Shown: positions 60,851-64,000 of the stretch, in pieces | Position numbering within the stretch: the stretch's first letter is position 1 | How the letters are laid out: every line of letters starts with the position of its first letter | NCBI GenBank assembly: GCA_963682135.1 | Contig: OY821645.1 | Coordinates: 2,176,001 to 2,240,000 of the forward strand | DNA length: 64,000 nucleotides | Source of the DNA: Methanothrix sp. | GTDB taxonomy: Archaea; Halobacteriota; Methanosarcinia; Methanotrichales; Methanotrichaceae | Reading direction: 5' to 3' | Position numbers and translations under genes: made by a program | The notes under the pieces: model-generated | The model's database searches: none | The model's input: the letters and a program-made list of their open reading frames with translations, nothing else | What the model was told of the DNA's origin: nothing

Positions 60851-62101
60851 ATTTAGGACGGAATCAGGGCTAATCCCCGCTTTTTCAAAGGCGGGATACA
60901 GCCCGTACCTATCGAAAGATATGTAAACTAATTGAACAAATAGCAAAGCAGAAAGGTGAAGAAAACCATTGAGAGTGTTTCGATATAGACTCAAGCCAAC
61001 AAAAGCTCAAGTAACCAAGCTGAATGAGCAACTAGAGCTTTGCCGATGGGTCTATAACGAAACGTTGGCTATGCGAAAGAATGCCTTTGAACAAGATGGG
61101 AAGTCTGTAAGCTACTTTGAATCCAAGAGGATGCTACCGATCTGGAAAGAGATGAAGCAGGAACTGAAAACCGTTCATTCTCAGGTATTGCAGGACGTGG
61201 TTCAGAGGGTTAACCTCGCATTCAGAGCCTTCTTCAAACGGGTTCAATCTGGCGAAGAAGAAGTTGGTTATCCTCGCTTCAAGGGAAAGAACAGATACGA
61301 TAGCATCAGTTATCCACAGAGTGGCTTCTACATAGACGGCAACGTGATTTGGTTATCCAAGATTGGTGATATCAAATTCAAGTTGCATCGCCCCGTTGAT
61401 GGATGCGTTAAGAGACTGACCATCCGAAGATCATCAACCAAAAAATGGTATGTGTCTTTCCTGGTTGAAGATGCCCAAAATCACATTCTGCAACCCTCTG
61501 ATGAGATGGTCGGCGTGGACATGGGTATCAAGAACTTCGCTGTGCTTTCCAATGGCGAGTTCATCGAGAATCCTAAATTCCTTCTAGCTGATGAAGAAAG
61601 ACTCAAGAAGGCTCAAAGCAAACGTGACAAGCTGCCAAAAGGATCTGCTAAGAGAAGGAAAGCAAGCAAAATAGTAAGTCATCTGCACGAAAGGGTAACC
61701 AATCATAGAGAGAACTTTGCCCAACAACTGAGCCTAGAATGGATCAACAAATATGGAATAATAGCATTTGAAGACCTGAATATAACCAAAATGGTTCATA
61801 ATCACAACCTAGCGAAGAGCATATTGGATGCTGCTTGGAATAAACTGGTACAATATACTTCATACAAAGCGGAAGATGCTGGTAGGAAAGTAGTATTGGT
61901 TAATCCTGCAAATACATCTCAGATCTGCTCAAGCTGTGGTCAAATAGTCAAAAAGGATCTATCTATCCGAGTCCATAATTGTCCCTATTGTGGATTATCG
62001 ATAGATAGAGATCTCAATGCTGCTCTTAACATCGCAAGACTGGGGCTACAGTCTTTGGCATCAGCCTAGATGCCCGCCAATTCATTGGCGGGAGTGGTCA
62101 C
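60851..62101 (+). mobile_element. IS200/IS605-family (tnpB only) element 2; left boundary approximate
   Basis: Left-end hairpin CCCCGC-TTTTTCAAAG-GCGGG within GGGCT...AGCCC; right end GATGCCCGCCAATTCATTGGCGGGAGTGGTCAC. Confidence 0.85.
60969..62069 (+). CDS. tnpB: RNA-guided endonuclease TnpB
   Basis: FRYRLKPT...CRWVYN, GYPRFK, GVDMG, FEDL, TSQICSSCG, CPYCG, DRDLNAA. Confidence 0.95.
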   Translation: MRVFRYRLKPTKAQVTKLNEQLELCRWVYNETLAMRKNAFEQDGKSVSYFESKRMLPIWKEMKQELKTVHSQVLQDVVQRVNLAFRAFFKRVQSGEEEVGYPRFKGKNRYDSISYPQSGFYIDGNVIWLSKIGDIKFKLHRPVDGCVKRLTIRRSSTKKWYVSFLVEDAQNHILQPSDEMVGVDMGIKNFAVLSNGEFIENPKFLLADEERLKKAQSKRDKLPKGSAKRRKASKIVSHLHERVTNHRENFAQQLSLEWINKYGIIAFEDLNITKMVHNHNLAKSILDAAWNKLVQYTSYKAEDAGRKVVLVNPANTSQICSSCGQIVKKDLSIRVHNCPYCGLSIDRDLNAALNIARLGLQSLASA

Positions 62102-62236
62102 GCTCGGCGGTGTTTTCTTCATTCCCAGGATGATCTTCTCTTTGCCGGCATTCCTTGCTTGCTCATGATCTCGGATCTTCTCTTTGGCCTCTTCCACCTC
62201 GTCGCGAAACTGCATGTAGTCTTCAAAGCAACCCAT
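62066..62236 (-). CDS. Small ORF whose 3' end is replaced by the IS right end
   Basis: GGGGAG RBS; MGCFEDYMQFRDEVEEAKEKIRDHEQARNAGKEKIILGMKKTPPS (45 codons) reaches the IS boundary at 62102/62101 exactly at a codon boundary. Confidence 0.55.
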   Translation of the reverse strand: MGCFEDYMQFRDEVEEAKEKIRDHEQARNAGKEKIILGMKKTPPSVTTPANELAGI

Positions 62237-62673
62237 GATCCGATTGTCTCCCCTGTACTTTGTTCTTGTTTACTGCTATATCCACGGCTATTATTTATAT
62301 TCGGCTCTCAATTCCATTGATTTTTTTGTAGAGTCCAGAATGTTTGGACGCTATATACACTTGTGGATTTATTATATTTAGCTTCTTTGAGGAGCTGCAA
62401 AGCGTTATCTGTTGTCTCGGCAGCGAACTGTTCGCCCGCGAGAATGCGCCGCGAACTATCGTCACCTAAAATTCAATCGCCATATCGCACGAATTTCCAC
62501 CTGATGCCAATTCTATTTCAACAATTTTTTTGCACACAGGTAGATAAACAATTTCAAATAAAATCATGGTATTGCGGCAATTAATTTATAAATTCCAAAA
62601 ACATCGGCAGGATAAACTAAATCCACTAATCTAGTAAGTCTAGATAACTAATCCAAAAAATATATCTATAATA

Positions 62674-64000
62674 ATGCACTATGCCTGGCTCATGGCTAGA
62701 GATAATCGACAGCAACGAGAGAGAAATCACGGATGTACAATATTCGCGGTAACTCCGGGAGCAAGCGCTGATGGCTCGATGTTCGCCGGGCATACCAACG
62801 ATGGATTCGGTCCCGGCATTACCGGACATGAGTTAACAGATGAGGGAAACAAGCTGGTTTACATTCCTGCTGCCACCCACAAAAAAGATGCCAAGCGTGC
62901 GGTCCAATACGATCCTAATTCAGGATCAGACGATCAGTCCGGCGGGGGTAAGGCCGGCTCATCACAGGTATCATACATCGACGAGGTCGAGAAGACTTAC
63001 GGCTACCTCACGGGAAGCTATGGCATAATTAATGAACACCAGCTCATGTGCTCAGAGTGCACCGACTTTGCCAAGATGACGGCTGATTATTCTCCGGGAG
63101 AGCGCATCTTCTACAGCTCTGAACTCTCCAACATTGCTCTGGAAAGGTGTACCGGGGCCAGGCAAGCTGTCGAGCAGGTAGGAGAACTGATAGACAAATA
63201 CGGAGTATATGGCACAGGCGAGACTCTCATTTTTGCTGATACCAAGGAGGCCTGGGTCCTGGAGATGTGCAGCTGCACCCTGGATGGCTGCAAAGGTCTA
63301 TGGGTTGCGAAGAAAGTACCGGACGGCGAAGTCTTTGCGGCTTCAAACACATTCAGGATTAGAGAAATTGATTGTGATGACAAAAACAATATGATCTATT
63401 CCGACAATCTTCATGATGTAGCTCTAACCCTCGAATGGTGGGATGGAATCGGCATGCTTGACTGGCTGAAGACCTTCTCCACTGGTGAGTATGCCCACCC
63501 CTACTATTCTCTGGCCCGCCTGTGGAGCGTTTATCGTCGTCTGGCTCCATCTCGCAATTTCAGCCCCTATGTCAAGGACACCTGGTCACGTGAATATCCA
63601 TTCTCATTGGTGCCCGACCGAAAGCTGAAAACCAGAGATACCTTCCAGATCTTCAGAGACCATTACGAAGGCACTGTCTATGATCTTACCACTGGCCCGG
63701 CAGCAGGCCCCTATGGCAACCCTTACCGGGATGACGGCCAATTCGATTCACATGATCTTTTCTCCGCAGGAGAGATCAAGCCTGGTGCATGGCATAGGCC
63801 AGTATCTCCAATATTTTGCGCTTACAGCTACATCACCCAAGGACGAAGCCAGCTTCCCGATCCGCTGGGAGGCGTGTGCTGGTTTGGATTTGCCCAGCCT
63901 TCTGAGACCTGTTACATGCCCATCTATGGGGGAGCAAACTCTCTTCCCCCAGAGCTGAATTGCGGAAAGAGATCCCTTTTCGACAGAAACTCTGCCTGGT
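62674..64000 (+). CDS. C69-family dipeptidase (Ntn hydrolase), runs off the window
   Basis: Frame from ATG 62674/62692: CTIFAVTPGASADGSMFAGHTND, INEHQL, ALERC..ARQAV, GET...AD.KEAW. Absent from the ORF track because no stop lies in the window. Confidence 0.9.
   Translation, partial: MHYAWLMARDNRQQRERNHGCTIFAVTPGASADGSMFAGHTNDGFGPGITGHELTDEGNKLVYIPAATHKKDAKRAVQYDPNSGSDDQSGGGKAGSSQVSYIDEVEKTYGYLTGSYGIINEHQLMCSECTDFAKMTADYSPGERIFYSSELSNIALERCTGARQAVEQVGELIDKYGVYGTGETLIFADTKEAWVLEMCSCTLDGCKGLWVAKKVPDGEVFAASNTFRIREIDCDDKNNMIYSDNLHDVALTLEWWDGIGMLDWLKTFSTGEYAHPYYSLARLWSVYRRLAPSRNFSPYVKDTWSREYPFSLVPDRKLKTRDTFQIFRDHYEGTVYDLTTGPAAGPYGNPYRDDGQFDSHDLFSAGEIKPGAWHRPVSPIFCAYSYITQGRSQLPDPLGGVCWFGFAQPSETCYMPIYGGANSLPPELNCGKRSLFDRNSAW

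Noticed and set aside
60969-62069. Cas12f or nuclease-dead TldR interpretation of the TnpB proteins
   Set aside because: No array or cas genes are present, IS-type ends are present, and all three RuvC acidic residues are retained in both proteins.
1-64000. CRISPR array, tRNA or rRNA genes
   Set aside because: I saw no regularly spaced repeats or tRNA/rRNA signatures on reading; a covariance search was not possible.
62626-64000. Apparent pseudogene or non-coding region of short ORFs
   Set aside because: A C69 dipeptidase frame starts here and appears to run off the window end, which explains its absence from the ORF track.

Overview
This is an archaeal chromosomal window of roughly 50% GC. 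Gene content (hdrED, archaeal tpiA, PAN/aMBF1, aTrm56, AMP phosphorylase, DGGR, DUF1699, many secreted Asn/Thr-rich proteins) points to Methanosarcinales/Methanotrichales, most likely a Methanothrix (Methanosaeta) species; this is an inference from protein families. Most of the window is housekeeping and metabolic genes. Accessory content includes two TnpA-less IS200/IS605 (IS1341-type) elements encoding TnpB proteins with apparently intact catalytic motifs. One splits an ICMT-family methyltransferase gene that can be rejoined in frame; the other lands in a small ORF. There is also a Ku + ATP-dependent ligase (NHEJ) pair, an AT-rich insert with a degenerate M48 peptidase, several gene remnants and tandem paralogous secreted proteins. 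Best candidates for undescribed biology: (i) a YkgJ / second GGR / long-chain-type prenyl synthase / flavoprotein operon that could build the methanophenazine side chain; (ii) a FolP with an extra domain coupled to a CofE-like ligase fused to cytidine deaminase; (iii) a Cys/His-rich DUF6788-like gene coupled to znuACB. I saw no rRNA, tRNA or CRISPR array. All family assignments come from motif recognition, not database searches.
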